Assembly: GCA_002269645.1 (NCBI GenBank)
Contig: NIVC01001849.1
Location: 144,235 to 208,234 of the forward strand
Length of the DNA: 64,000 nucleotides
Reading direction: 5' to 3'
Source: Macrostomum lignano
Lineage: Eukaryota
Part shown: positions 1 to 12,608 of the stretch, piece by piece
Position numbering within the stretch: position 1 is the stretch's first letter
Layout: each line of letters starts with the position of its first letter
The notes under the pieces: model-generated
Seen by the model: only the letters and a program-made list of their open reading frames with translations
Database searches by the model: none
What the model was told of the DNA's origin: nothing
Made by a program: the position numbers and the translations under genes

Positions 1-290
1 TAATTGAGCCTCTAACTGAGCATCAAATCGCCAGTCTCGAATCCAGCCTCTAATTGAGCCTCTAATTGAGCATCAAATCGCCAGTCTCGAATCCAGCCTC
101 TAATTGAGCCTCTAACTGAGCATCAAATCGCCAGTCTCGAATCCAGCCTCCAATTCAGCATTGAATCGCCAGCCTCTAATCCAGCCTCCAATACGAGCCT
201 CAAATAGCGAGCATCAAATCTGGGTCATTTTTAGAGGCTGCCACACCCAAGAGTCGAGCCTCTAACCTAGCCTCTAGCCTCCCATTGGTT
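1..290. repeat. 50-bp tandem repeat (3 near-perfect copies, then decaying)
   Basis: TAATTGAGCCTCTAA(C/T)TGAGCATCAAATCGCCAGTCTCGAATCCAGCCTC at 1, 51 and 101; GAGCCTCTAA motifs continue to ~290. Confidence 0.85.
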
Positions 291-364
291 TAGTGTAACC
301 AAATAAAAAAATCATTAGAGGCTAGCGCCAAAAAGTGAGCCTCCAACATCTCTCTAGATTTCCC

Positions 365-550
365 ATCGGGCTAAACGAAAAGCTTTACGAATATCAATAG
401 AGCTATAAGAAAGGCACAACATATCAGAAGATGAACATTGGGCCTGCCTCCAATCAAAGCAATAGCAATTTTTGTGTTTAAATAACAAAAGCTTCCAATC
501 TCCGTAGTGTATTTTTCGGCGAAAACTAGCCTCATAAACATTTTCTTAAA
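365..550. repeat. Dispersed repeat fragment
   Basis: CGAAAAGCTT..GAATATCAATAGAGCTA..AAGCACAACATATCA..TATTTTTCGG.GAAAA.T.GCCT is shared with ~10710-10890 and ~15757-15937. Confidence 0.65.
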
Positions 551-711
551 AACGATTGTTTCCCTTCCTACTTAAGTCCTTGGCTCAGATTTTAGATCAT
601 AAATTTATTGAAATTCTTAAATTTTATTGACTAAGTGCGCTTGTTGCTACTAAAAAGTCAGTAGTCAGTATAGAGAGTTTAAACATTTATTTGATTTTGT
701 CAACTTTTCAG

Positions 712-907
712 TGGCGCCGACTCGCCCGCCTGGTTCGAGCAGGCCGGGCGGTTGCGGCGGCCTATCGAGGCCCGGCCTCTCCTGTCCTCCATGGTGGACA
801 TCAGCGGCGGCGTCGGTGGTGGCCCCGACATTGAACTGCAGCCGCCTGACTCGCCAGCCGGCCCGGGGACGCCCCTGATGATGACGCTGCTGCAGAGCCG
901 AACTTGA
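712..907 (+). CDS. Probable terminal coding exon of an unidentified upstream gene
   Basis: Acceptor TTTGTCAACTTTTCAG at 710-711, then a GC-rich island with C/G-ending codons, GADSPAWFEQAGRLRRP...MMTLLQSRT-TGA(905-907). No recognisable domain. Confidence 0.4.
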
Positions 908-1474
908 ATAATCAACAGCCTCCTGACCGAGCATTGTGTATCTTATTGAACTCGCAATCAGCTACTTATGTGTCTAGTGCATCCCGTTTGGCGTTGGTGC
1001 ATTTCTCTACTATAATGGGTTCTTCACGTTTCCCTTGTCTCTTTTTTGTTTCCAAATTGCCGCTATTAAACAGAAAGAATAAACTTTGTCTGTAGGAGAT
1101 TTTTAATTGTTAAAATCAGAGACAATAATTCTGTTTATTTCTGTTGTCTCTTGTTTGTTATTATCTATGTTTAATAAGCCAGCTTTGCTTCCCTATAAGT
1201 TGCATTCTCCCGCTAATTTTGTCCTGACGTCTTCCTTTGTCTCCCTGTACATTTTGCTGCAATTTGCTGTCTCTGAAAATAATTATTGATAAAATTCAGA
1301 TGTTTTCACTTTTCTTATTACAACTGCACTGTGTTGTGTGGGTTTATTCGGGATTCATTGCAATTGTCCTTTATTTTATTTTTAATGTTTAGGCATAAAA
1401 TGTTAGCTTTAGGAGTTTTTAGATTAGGAAAAATGAATACGAAGATGTCAGCTTTCTCTTATCTCCCTGGGTTT

Positions 1475-2002
1475 TGATGTGGCGCCACTCCCTTCTCCAT
1501 TGGCTGTTAATGTGGCGCCACTCCCTTCTTCAGTGGCTGTTGATGTGGCACCACTCCCTTCTTCGATCAGTGGCTGTTGATGTGGCGCCACTCCCTTCTT
1601 CAGTGGCTGTTGATGTGGCGCCACTCCCTTCTCCATTGGCTGTTAATGTGGCGCCCTTCTTCAGTGGCTGTTGATGTGGCGCCCTTCTTCAGTGGCTGTT
1701 GATGTGGCGCCACTCCCTTCTTCAGTGGCTGTTGATGTGGCGCCACTCCCTTCTTCAGTGGCTGTTGATGTGGCGCCACTCCCTTATACAGTAGCTGTTG
1801 ATGTGGCGCCACTCCCTTCTTCAGTGGCTGTTGATGTGGCGCCACTCCCTTCTTCAGTGGCTGTTAATGTGGCGCCACTCCCTTCTCCATTGACTGTTGA
1901 TGTGGCGCCACTCCCTTCTTCAGTGGCTGTTAATGTGGCGCCACTCCCTTCACCATTGACTGTTGATGTGGCGCCACTCCCTTCACCATTGGCTGTTGAT
2001 GT
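1475..2002. repeat. 33-bp minisatellite (~16 copies) just upstream of RPL10
   Basis: Unit TGGCTGTTGATGTGGCGCCACTCCCTTCTTCAG. Confidence 0.95.
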
Positions 2003-2115
2003 ATTTGCTGTATACTCGTAGTGGATTAGCATATACAGTTTGTAGATGCCCCAGCTCTAGTTGCTGTCTAACTAGCCGTTGCTTAACCACTTCTTTGCAT
2101 GCTTGATCGCTCAGC

Positions 2116-4042
2116 ATGGGTCGCCGCCCCGCCCGCTGCTACCGCTACTGCAAGAACAAGCCGTACCCCAAGTCGCGCTTCTGCCGCGGCGTCCCCGATC
2201 CCAAGATTCGAATCTACGATCTGGGCAAGAAGAAGGCCCGAGTGGACGACTTCCCGCAGTGCGTCCACATGATCTCGGACGAGTACGAGCAGCTGTCCGC
2301 CGAGGCTCTTGAAGCCGCCCGTATCGCCGCCAACAAGTACCTGGTAAAGAGCTGCGGCAAGGACTCCTTCCATCTGCGCGTCCGGCTGCACCCGTTCCAC
2401 GTGACCCGCATCAACAAGATGTTGTCCTGCGCCGGCGCCGATCGCCTCCAGACTGGCATGCGCGGCGCCTTCGGCAAGCCGAACGGCCTCGTTGCCCGCG
2501 TGAACATCGGCCAGGTTTGACATTTTGTTGCAGTGGGTGAATGCGCCTGTAAACTGCCCTGGTTATCCCAGCATAACTGCCTTGATAGTCTTATAATTCC
2601 TCATAACTACCCTTAGAATCCCCTCATAACTACCCTTAGAATCCCCTCATAACTACCCTTAAAATCCTCTCATAACTACCCTTAGAATCCCCTCATAGCT
2701 ACCCTTAGAATCCCCTCATAACCACCCTTAGAATCCCCTCATAACTACCCTTAGAATCCCCTCATAGCTACCCTTAGAATCCCCTCATAACTACCCTTAG
2801 AATCCCCTCATAACTACCCTTAAAATCCCCTCATAACTACCCTTAGACTCCCCTCATAACTACCCTTAGACTCCCCTCATAACTACCCTTAGAATCCCCT
2901 CATAACTACCCTTAGAATCCCCTCATAACTACCCTTAGAATCCCCTCATAACTACCCTTAAATCCCCTCATAACTACCCTTAGACTCCCCTCATAACTAC
3001 CCTTAGACTCCCCTCATAACTACCCTTAGACTCCCCTCATAACTACCCTTAGACTCCCCTCATAACTACCCTTAGAATCCCCTCATAACTACCCTTAGAA
3101 TCCCCTCATAACTACCCTTAGAATCCTCTCATAACTACCCTTAGAATCCCCTCATAACTACCATTAGAATCCCCTCATAACTACCCTTAGAATCCTCTCA
3201 TAACTACCCTTAGAATCCCCTCATAACTACCATTAGAATCCCCTCATAACTACCCTTAGAATCCCCTCATAACTACCCTTATAATCCCCTCATAACTACC
3301 CTTAGAATCCCCTCATAACTACCCTTAGACTCCCCTCATAACTACCCTTAGAATCCCCTCATAACTACCATTAGAATCCCCTCATAACTACCATTAGAAT
3401 CCCCTCATAACTACCCTTAGAATCCTCTCATAACTACCCTTAGAATCCCCTCATAACTACCATTAGAATCCCCTCATAACTACCCTTAGAATCCCCTCAT
3501 AACTACCCTTATAATCCCCTCATAACTACCCTTAGAATCCCCTCATAACTACCCTTAGACTCCCCTCATAACTACCCTTAGAATCCCCTCATAACTACCA
3601 TTAGAATCCCCTCATAACTACCCTTAGAATCCTCTCATAACTACCCTTAGAATCCCCTCATAACTACCCTTAGAATCCTCTCATAACTACCCTTGGAATC
3701 CTCTCATAACTACCTATAGAATTTGCCATAGCAACTGTAGGGCTCATAGCTGGCAACCCCGGCGAACATGTTGGCCAGGTGATCATGTCGGTGCGCGGCC
3801 GGGAAAACAACGTGAACTCCATGGTGGAGGCGTTCCGCCGATCCAAGATGAAGTTCCCCGGCAGGCAGAAGATCGCCGTCAGCCGTCGTTGGGGCTTCAC
3901 TAAGTGGGACCGAGCCGACTACGAGCGGATGCGGGCCGAGGGCCGCCTGCAGCCTGACGGCGTCGGCTGCAAGTACTTGCCGGAGCACGGGCCGCTGGAC
4001 AACTGGAAGCAGGTGCAGGCTGCTATGCGCATGGCCAGCTAA
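2116..4042 (+). CDS. RPL10: 60S ribosomal protein L10 (uL16), 220 aa, join(2116..2514,3779..4042)
   Basis: [35 protein letters not shown]...[21 protein letters not shown]...RVNIGQ continues exactly into [10 protein letters not shown]...KFPGRQKI...WGFTK. GT at 2515, AG at 3777-3778, phase 0; AATAAA at 4144. Confidence 0.95.
2597..3714. repeat. 23-bp minisatellite (~48 copies) filling the RPL10 intron
   Basis: Unit CCCTTAGAATCCCCTCATAACTA. The variant TATAAT unit recurs at 3281 and 3511, indicating a 230-bp (10-unit) higher-order duplication. Confidence 0.95.
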
Positions 4043-4523
4043 ATGACGGCTAAATGCTAAGCGGAACTTGGACTAAGGATGCTGGTTGTGACCTGTTGCC
4101 GACTGATTAATCATTGATTTGCAATGCAGATTAATTAAGCGGAAATAAAAAATCAATCCAAATTATTGGATAGCACTGGCTTTGGCAGTTGCCGGAATTG
4201 TCTTCTGGAAGCACTTACTGCCTGCCTGTTTATTTGTTATATTTGATTTTTAGTTTACTTAGAGCTCATAACAATAGTAGTCCCTCAAGCTGAAGGCTAG
4301 TACTGAAATGAATTCAAGTTCCTCCTCGTTATTACTTCATTAGTATGAAACTAATAAAATAGGCTTATTGTTTTATATCGGTATTAGGTACGAATTAATA
4401 CGATTTCTAATTTTACTGCATGCTCGATTTCTTCCAAAGCCGCGCTACTATTAGTAGGACAGACGTACACTACACGGATTGACGCTACATTAACTGGTCT
4501 AATTTCCAAGCGATAGCTAGAGC

Positions 4524-5102
4524 ATGCAAGCTATCAAGTGTGTTGTAGTGGGCGACGGAGCTGTGGGAAAAACCTGCCTGCTCATCTCCTACACGACCAA
4601 CGCCTTCCCCGGCGAGTACATCCCGACCGTGTTTGACAACTACTCAGCCAATGTGATGGTGGACGGCAAGCCCATCAACCTAGGCCTGTGGGACACGGCT
4701 GGTCAGGAGGACTATGATCGGCTGAGGCCGCTGAGCTACCCGCAGACTGACGTGTTCCTTGTCTGCTTCTCCCTCATCAGCCCGGCCAGCTATGAGAACG
4801 TGCGGGCCAAGTGGTACCCGGAGGTGAGCCACCACTGTCCCAACACGCCCATCATCCTGGTCGGCACCAAACTGGACCTGCGCGACGACAAAGACACAAT
4901 TGAGAAACTGCGCGAGAAGAAGCTGGCCCCCATCACCCACCTGCAGGGCATGACAATGGCCAAGGAGATTAACGCGGTGAAGTACCTGGAGTGCTCAGCC
5001 CTGACTCAGAAGGGACTGAAGAACGTGTTTGACGAGTCCATTCGGGCCGTGCTGTGTCCGAGGCCGAGGCCGTCCAAGCGAAACAAGTGCGACTTGCTGT
5101 AA
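4524..5102 (+). CDS. Rac1: Canonical Rac GTPase, 192 aa, intronless
   Basis: [55 protein letters not shown], polybasic tail, CAAX CDLL. Confidence 0.97.
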   Translation: MQAIKCVVVGDGAVGKTCLLISYTTNAFPGEYIPTVFDNYSANVMVDGKPINLGLWDTAGQEDYDRLRPLSYPQTDVFLVCFSLISPASYENVRAKWYPEVSHHCPNTPIILVGTKLDLRDDKDTIEKLREKKLAPITHLQGMTMAKEINAVKYLECSALTQKGLKNVFDESIRAVLCPRPRPSKRNKCDLL

Positions 5103-7648
5103 CAGTGCGCGACCCCAGGCCCGACTCATCCTCGGACACAGCTACTGTAGCTAACAGTTTTGTACATGCGTATAGATGCGACCGATATAAAACTAGATTT
5201 ATTATGCACTAATTCACCTCTGCACCGCCCTCTGTCTCCCTCTGCTGTACGCCACTAGCGGCGGCTTTCCATCGCCCTGGCAACCACGCTGAGATGCTGA
5301 ATCTGTGTCTCTGGATTTAAAAAATAAGGCAATCTACCGTGTCTTTTTGTAGTTTGTTATTTAACTGATTATTGTCTGCAAATAAGAAATCTGGTCGGCT
5401 GCGTCTCTAATATTTATTTCATGCTCCAGGTAGTCTTAACATCGCTTTTATATTGCTTGTATAATATATATTATGATATTTTCTGCAATTTCAACTAATT
5501 TGATCGATTTGTGTCTTCTAGTGGCCTGACATACCATTTAACGGTGTTGTTCTTCTGTCCCCTCTACTCCCACAATGCTGTTTAAGTTTCTTTGCTCTAT
5601 TTGGTAAACAGTTTCTGCTCTTAACTCATCAAAGTTTAAATTATGATTCTATTCAATATACGAGCTATATATATTATATGTTCCGAGTTTTACCTGTCTC
5701 AAATATCCTTTCTAATTGTCTGTCACTTTTGCAACGCGTGCTTGCCTCCTGTTTCTTTCTCTCATGCGCACTCTTATGCTTTTTTACCATTGTACCTTAG
5801 GTAGCAAGTACATGATGTACCCGCAGCACCTGGGGTTGCGTAACATCTTTATTTACTATTCTCAGTCGGTTTTACTTGTACAAATAAATGGCAATAAAAT
5901 ATATTTGAATATACATTATAGTCGCTTAAAAATCTATTTATTCCTGCTTGAGTCTTTGCTACGACGATTGAGTCCAGTGCGTCATAATGAGTGGAATGGC
6001 CCAAATCTCATATTTTACTGGTTTCTTCTACTTATGATTTCTTTTTTGGATTGTTTAGAACAGTTGGCATGTATGTTGGTCAAAAGCTAGGTAAAAAAAT
6101 CGAGGCTATGATTTTCTTCGACCAAGGAGGGAATATAACATTAATAAGCTAAGTAAAAAACAGTAAAATGCATAGAATCTCTACTGAAGGGTGTTCCAAA
6201 AGTTCCCTGAATGTCTACGAGTATTACAGCTCATCCATGAAAGGCAGCTTTAATACGAAGAAGGTGTAGTTAAAATTATGTCAGTGTCATTTGACATTTT
6301 CCATTCATGCGCCGCATCAAAACTGTCTGCACAAGTCAGCACTAGTGTTACACATCCTCAAATTTGTGAGAAGTCGGGGACTCAACAGGCTGGGATCATT
6401 AAGAGTTCCAGATCAGTTGGTAGATGTCCAATCGATCAGACATCTCTCGAACTGTCACACGAGCATTCGAGTTGGACTGGCCATCCTTAGGCCGTTCGAT
6501 CTATTCGAACAAGTAAACAGTCGTTTTCCTAATGCTGTTCTCATCATGGATAGAGAAGAGATGCTCAGAAATCTTGACTCCACTCCATACGGCTGACTAC
6601 AGGGCAAAAACTTGACTCCGTTGACTCTCAGGGCTGTAGAGAGAACTAATCTTTTAAAGAAATCTGCAGCCAAAAGCAAGCACTCGGTATGGGATCGTTG
6701 CGCTGGAAACACCGGTTGCTCTGATACACAGAATCAGCAATTCAACCGGTTGGCCATAGACATTTTGACATTTTTCCACGAAAGTTGATAATGGGCATGC
6801 GACATTTAAGAATGTGGACCGATATAGTACTGAATTGTGCAGACATGATGCAGCGCAGCAATGGAAAATAATATTGACATTATTTTAACTACTCGTACAC
6901 CTTCGTATGAATTTTGCATTTTATTTTACATGCAAGATTTAACGAACACATTAATGAGCTGCTCTATTAGACATAAAGAGAACTTTTGTGACATCCTTCG
7001 TATTTTTAATCTTTTGCTTGGTAGAGGAGGTGCGACAAAACAGGCAAGCAATGCGCCCAAGCGAGATGACGAAGTCTTGCTGCATTTTCAAACTTTTCGT
7101 CATGTGATACGTTTTAGTGGGCAGTTATTAAAAGGTGTCTAGTTAGAATTGTACTGTACGCTAGAGTTGTTGCGCGCACTCGCATGTGTACACTTCATTT
7201 CTAGTAGTTAGCAGAAAATGGGGTGCACGAAAGCCTCGCTGGGGCTGTCGCTGTCGGTTAAGCCTGCGGTGCAGTTTATACTCGTACTATGTACTCGTAC
7301 ATAGTCAATGGTTATGCTGCATGCACAGGAGTTTGTTTGTGTGAAATCTGAAGTTCTCAAAACAACTTTGATGAATAGGCTTTACAATATGGTTTTTTTA
7401 TAGCGAGCATATCAGTGATGCTAGATTAGAATTACATAGCAGGCGGAAAGTATCCTTCACAGTTTCTGCTGCGCTCACATGGAGAGTCTCGAAAACATTT
7501 CAAATGTGGTTTTAATAGAAAACAAATGCGGTGTTCTTTCCGCCTACTGCTAACACAAGGTTACATGATTAGGGGGGGGGGTAAAGTTACAAATTTGATT
7601 ATAATACCTGGGAAATCGTAATCGTGCTAAGAATTGGTTGTAGGAGGC

Positions 7649-8242
7649 CTACAGCAGGCCGCAGGAGAGTTGCTTCTTTTTCTTCTTGCCATCGTCCTGC
7701 AGCGCGTGGAAGTGTGCCCGAACAGCCTCGGTGAAGACTGCGTCTAAATTCTTGCTCTTCTTAGCCGAACATTCCACGAAACGGTCGGCATTGATCTCTT
7801 TGGCCAGCTTTTCGCCTTCTTCTTTGGAAATCGGGTCCTTTAACGCTTCTCCGCCGACTTGATCGTCCCGGGTATCGGTCTTGGTTGCAACGAGAACTAC
7901 CGGAGAACGGCTGAACCCACCGAAGTGACGCAACTCCGGCACCCACTTGGCTTTTACGTTTTGATAGCTATCTCTGTTATCCACTGAATAGCACAGCAAG
8001 AATACGTTGGTGTCTTTGTAACCCAATGGCCGCAGTCTGTCGTAGCTCTCCTGCCCGGCCGTGTCGTATATGGACAGCCTTACTGCCTTTCCGTCAACTG
8101 AAATGTAATGCGAGCTATCGTCGGCCACGGTTGGCGCGTACTCTTCCGGAAATGTGTTTAATGTGTAGACCAGGACCATGCTGGTCTTTCCAACTGTACC
8201 GTCACCAACCAGCACTAACTTTATCGTGGTTATGTTCGACAT
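7649..8242 (-). CDS. Divergent Rho-family GTPase (RhoX1), 197 aa, CAAX CGLL
   Basis: ATG at 8242 (MSNITTIKLVLVGDGTVGKT), YAPTVADDS, YDTAGQESYDRLRPL, TKTD, ECSAK, KKKKKQLSCGLL. Convergent with Rac1. Confidence 0.92.
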   Translation of the reverse strand: MSNITTIKLVLVGDGTVGKTSMVLVYTLNTFPEEYAPTVADDSSHYISVDGKAVRLSIYDTAGQESYDRLRPLGYKDTNVFLLCYSVDNRDSYQNVKAKWVPELRHFGGFSRSPVVLVATKTDTRDDQVGGEALKDPISKEEGEKLAKEINADRFVECSAKKSKNLDAVFTEAVRAHFHALQDDGKKKKKQLSCGLL

Positions 8243-8700
8243 GTTTTGAGGCACTAGCGTGCTGATACACTCGAATGTGGTCTTATCGGCGTTCAAAATA
8301 CTGATACGAGCTATGCTATTACAAACTTATCATAGATATTTATAATGTTAGACGCACCCATTTACCTGTACTAACACAGCTTCGTACCCCTTGCGTGCCC
8401 CCTCTGTGTTAATTCGTCTAACTAGCAAACTATGAAAAAAGCAAAAAGGATGGGTAGGGCGGAAAAATACCACGCCACCACCCAACACTACCCCCGAGCA
8501 CAATGCCGAGGGTTTTAAATACAAAGCTCAAACCTAAGAAGACGACTTGTCTCAGTTCTTCAAAGCTTCTGTCTGTTGTGGCAGTGGGGGTAGCAGGCGT
8601 GTAAGGTAGTTGGCGTGAGAGGTTATCAGAGACTACCGATAAACGACCTGTTACAGGTTTAAAACTATGGCTGGCTATTCGAGACACCATTTCTAAGAAC

Positions 8701-8842
8701 AGCATAGTGTTCATTGCGATTGTGCTCAACGAACTGCTCATGGTGGCCTGCACTGTGCGCACCTGGCACTGGCTGATGTCTGTAGCGGAGCTGCTCAGTC
8801 TGCTCTGCTACCTGCTGGCTGTTGTTCTGCCTAATTATTTTG
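8701..8842 (+). pseudogene. ATP9: Isolated exon of a class II P4-ATPase (ATP9-type flippase), C-terminal TM region
   Basis: [47 protein letters not shown] matches the ATP9A/B motif ELLMVALT..TWHWLM.VAE.LSL.CY; GT donor at 8843. No other ATP9 exon found. Confidence 0.75.
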
Positions 8843-9355
8843 GTTTGTTTGCGCTTAATTTGTCTGTGTATTCCTGGAGATTGTTGCAGATTAGCGAGGA
8901 GACTGTTGCAGATTAGTGAGTAGCCTGTTACAGATTAGTGAGGAGACTAGTGATTAGTGAGAAGATTCTTGCAGATTAGTGAGGAGACTGATACTACGTA
9001 ATGCGCAGTTAAGTATTGATTTTTAGGCAGATTTGATGCAAAAAATGCAAATTATACTACTATCTGAAAATGAAGTAAGTAGTATATGAAAAGGCTATCC
9101 TAAGCGTGTTATATGCGTAGCATACCTCAATATGTACTGGTGTATGTACATTAATCCCATGTGAAATGGCACGGCTCAGCTCATTGGTTTTATGAATCTA
9201 TTTTGCCATTCTTAGATGACTGTGTAACAATATGTGTGACAGAGATTATAAAATAGATTATCAAAACCAAAGATTCGAGTTGTGTCATGTGTGATGCCGT
9301 GGCTTTCGCCCGAGATAGAACAAGGATTTCCCTGGGTGGTCGGGTAGGTCTTGTT

Positions 9356-10665
9356 ATCCCACCGCTGCCACCAGTGTAATGGCTGTGCCTAATGCTCTCC
9401 GCTGCCACCAATGTAATGCTGGTGCCGAATCCCACCAATGTAACCAATGTAATGGCCTTGTGGATCCCCGTCTCTTTGGTGATTACTGCTGTTGCCTACT
9501 ACTTCCTCTGTCTGCCCTCGCTATCTGGCACGGCCGGTAGCTGGCCTGAGTGGTCTAGCACTATGGTCCGAATTAACCCCTCTTAGTCTCCACTGAGTAC
9601 AGTTAGATAATAACCGAGTATTGGTAGTTGGGTTGCTGCCACCTTGTAGGTCTACAGGTGATATCCTCGACAGGTTACCCCTAGGTAGGCCTACTGATAA
9701 GTAGAAAATAAATAAGACAAACAAGTCAGTTAAACGTTTATTAATGTGAGTAACGGTCACAGGCCGATCCTAGAATATCGTTTAATAGCTCAACTGGTGT
9801 CGCAGTAACAAGTCCTAACCCTATTAGGTGTCACTGATGTTGCCCAACAGCGTAGGTTGTAGGCCACGAGACCAGGTCCAGACGGTGTTGAAGGTCTGGC
9901 GAGCTGATGACACAAAGACCTGCGGCAGTCTTAATGAGCAAATGGCAGCTGCAACAAGGATTTGTTAGCAGGTTATCCCTAGGAAAAGCGTCTAGCGATC
10001 TGCCTAAGCTAGTTCATCTAGGAAAAGCATCTAGGAATACTAGCCTTTGCTCGAAGCCAAGCAGGCGGTCTCCGAAAGGAGATCGTCTCCTGAACGAGGA
10101 TGGTCTCTTTGGGCCTTCACCTACTCTGTATTTATACTAAAATTCGGGGGTCTCAGGGCCAATGGGAAGCTCAGAGGCAGTTCCGTGGCAGATCCCATGG
10201 CAGTTCCGTGGACTACCCGGAGCCAGGAGCGATCTTGGAGATGCCCATAAGACATCTGCCTCATCATGCAGCCTCCGCATGGCCTGCTGGTACACTGCTT
10301 GCATGTTGCGGCATGCAAGGAGTGCACCAAGACCCCACGAGAGCCTACCCCGGGCGGAGAGCTATGCTCTCACTCCCGCTGACTAAATAAGCCTGTACTA
10401 AAGGAGAAATATCCCACTGACTAATGTTTCTATTTTTAGCCCATTGCAGACTGCGCCAGGGGGAGAGGGGGAGAGAGTTTCTCTCCCTGTCCCGCGACAG
10501 CTGCACACCTGAGCCTGCACAAGGGAGGGGGAGGAAGGGACAGCCCTATGCCCAGCTCCCACTGCTGCAGCCCAAGCACTAACTGACTAAGAGGGGATCC
10601 CAGGAGCAGCCTATGCTAGCTACGCTGGATCACCACACATGTATTTTTTTGATTTTTAGGGTACA
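9356..10665 (-). mobile_element. LTR-retroelement remnant: tRNA-Leu primer-binding site plus probable LTR
   Basis: ATCCCACCGCTGCCACCA (9356-9373) equals the 3' 18 nt (with CCA) of tRNA-Leu, next to TGTAAT (minus-strand LTR end ..TACA). The distal boundary is a guess. Confidence 0.5.
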
Positions 10666-11098
10666 GGAAATACACGTAGGATAAAAAATTAACATTAGAA
10701 TCCTGATTTTCTGACCGAAAAGCTTAATGAATATCAATAGAGCTACGAGGTATAAGAAAAGCACAACATATCAACAGATAAACATTGGATTTGCGTCCTA
10801 TCGAAAGTAATAATTTTTGTGCTGAAAAATCAAAAACTTCTATCTCCGTGGGGTATTTTTCGGTGAAAAGTGGCCTTCAAAACATTTTCCATGGATTTTG
10901 AGTGTCGCGTCTTGTATATACTCGTTAGTTGCTTTAGTTGTCATTGTCCTTGGTATTAAATTGACTTCAAGCTCCTCTTTATTACTTTTGTAGTAATAGG
11001 CTTAGTGTCTTATATCGTTATTATCGACAAATTAATCCTTATTTTTTTTAGTTCTTCTTTCAGATTAATCTCTTTCAGAGCTGCGCTACTGTTAGTAG

Positions 11099-11773
<675 letters not shown>

Positions 11774-12608
11774 ATCTTTTGCTTTGTCGAGGGGGGTTAT
11801 CGCGTCAAAACAGGCAAGCAATATGCCCTAGCGAGAAGACGGAGTCTTGCTGCATTTTCAAGTTTTCGTCATGTGATCTGTGTTTTAGTGGGCAGTTAAA
11901 AGTGTCCAGTTTAAATCTAAGATTTTGCACAGTTGCTACAGAACTTGTGCAAAGAATTCGCGCACTCGCATGTACGTACACTTCATTCCTAGTAGTTAGC
12001 AGGAAAATGGGGTGCACGAAAGCCAATTGCTCGAGCTTTTGCTGTTGGTACAGCAGTTTGCAGTACAGTTTATACACGGTCAATGGTCATACGCAGGAGT
12101 TTGTTTTTTGCAATTTAAAGTTCTCAAAACAACTTTGACGAATAGGCCGCTTTACTATTAAGCTGTTTATTAAGTGCGAGCATATCAGTGATACGTGATG
12201 CTACGGGCAGATTGACTTACATAATAGCTTAGAAAGTAAGCTTTGTAGTTTCTGCTGCGCTCAAATGGGAAGTCCTGAAAACATTTCAATGGTGGTTTTA
12301 TTTTCTATTCTAGAATTTATAGTCCTTGATGAGATTTATGTGCAGGAACTCGTGCTAGTTCGATTTAAAAACTGAAACGGATAAAAATTTGTTAATTTTT
12401 TAATACCCTATTCGGGCGAATCAACTGGTTCGTCAAATTATTGTCAATCCTCAATGTTTTTTTTACTTACTGTAAGTCTTGCAGCAAAAATGTGACAAAT
12501 TTTCAGCGGGATTTCAGCATTGTAGACTGGAGAGTTTGCACTGTTCTATTCGTGAAAAGCAAAAGCAGTGTTCTCTCCGCCTACTGCTGGCTCGTAACGC
12601 AAGCTTGG

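Noticed and set aside
1448-2032. SSVAVDVAPLP-repeat ORFs
   Set aside because: By-product of a 33-bp repeat with no splice context or start support; open on both strands.
2597-3714. CRISPR array or interstitial telomere
   Set aside because: Head-to-tail units with no spacers in a eukaryotic intron; CCCTTA is not TTAGGG/CCCTAA and sits within a 23-mer.
6291-6786. ORF-like stretch between Rac1 and RhoX1
   Set aside because: Internal stop and no motif I can recognise; absent from the derived cassettes. A BLASTX search would decide.
9392-9586. Hydrophobic ORF as the last ATP9 exon
   Set aside because: Only vague similarity, lacks the SPPSYSKL-type end, and overlaps the PBS/LTR junction repeats.
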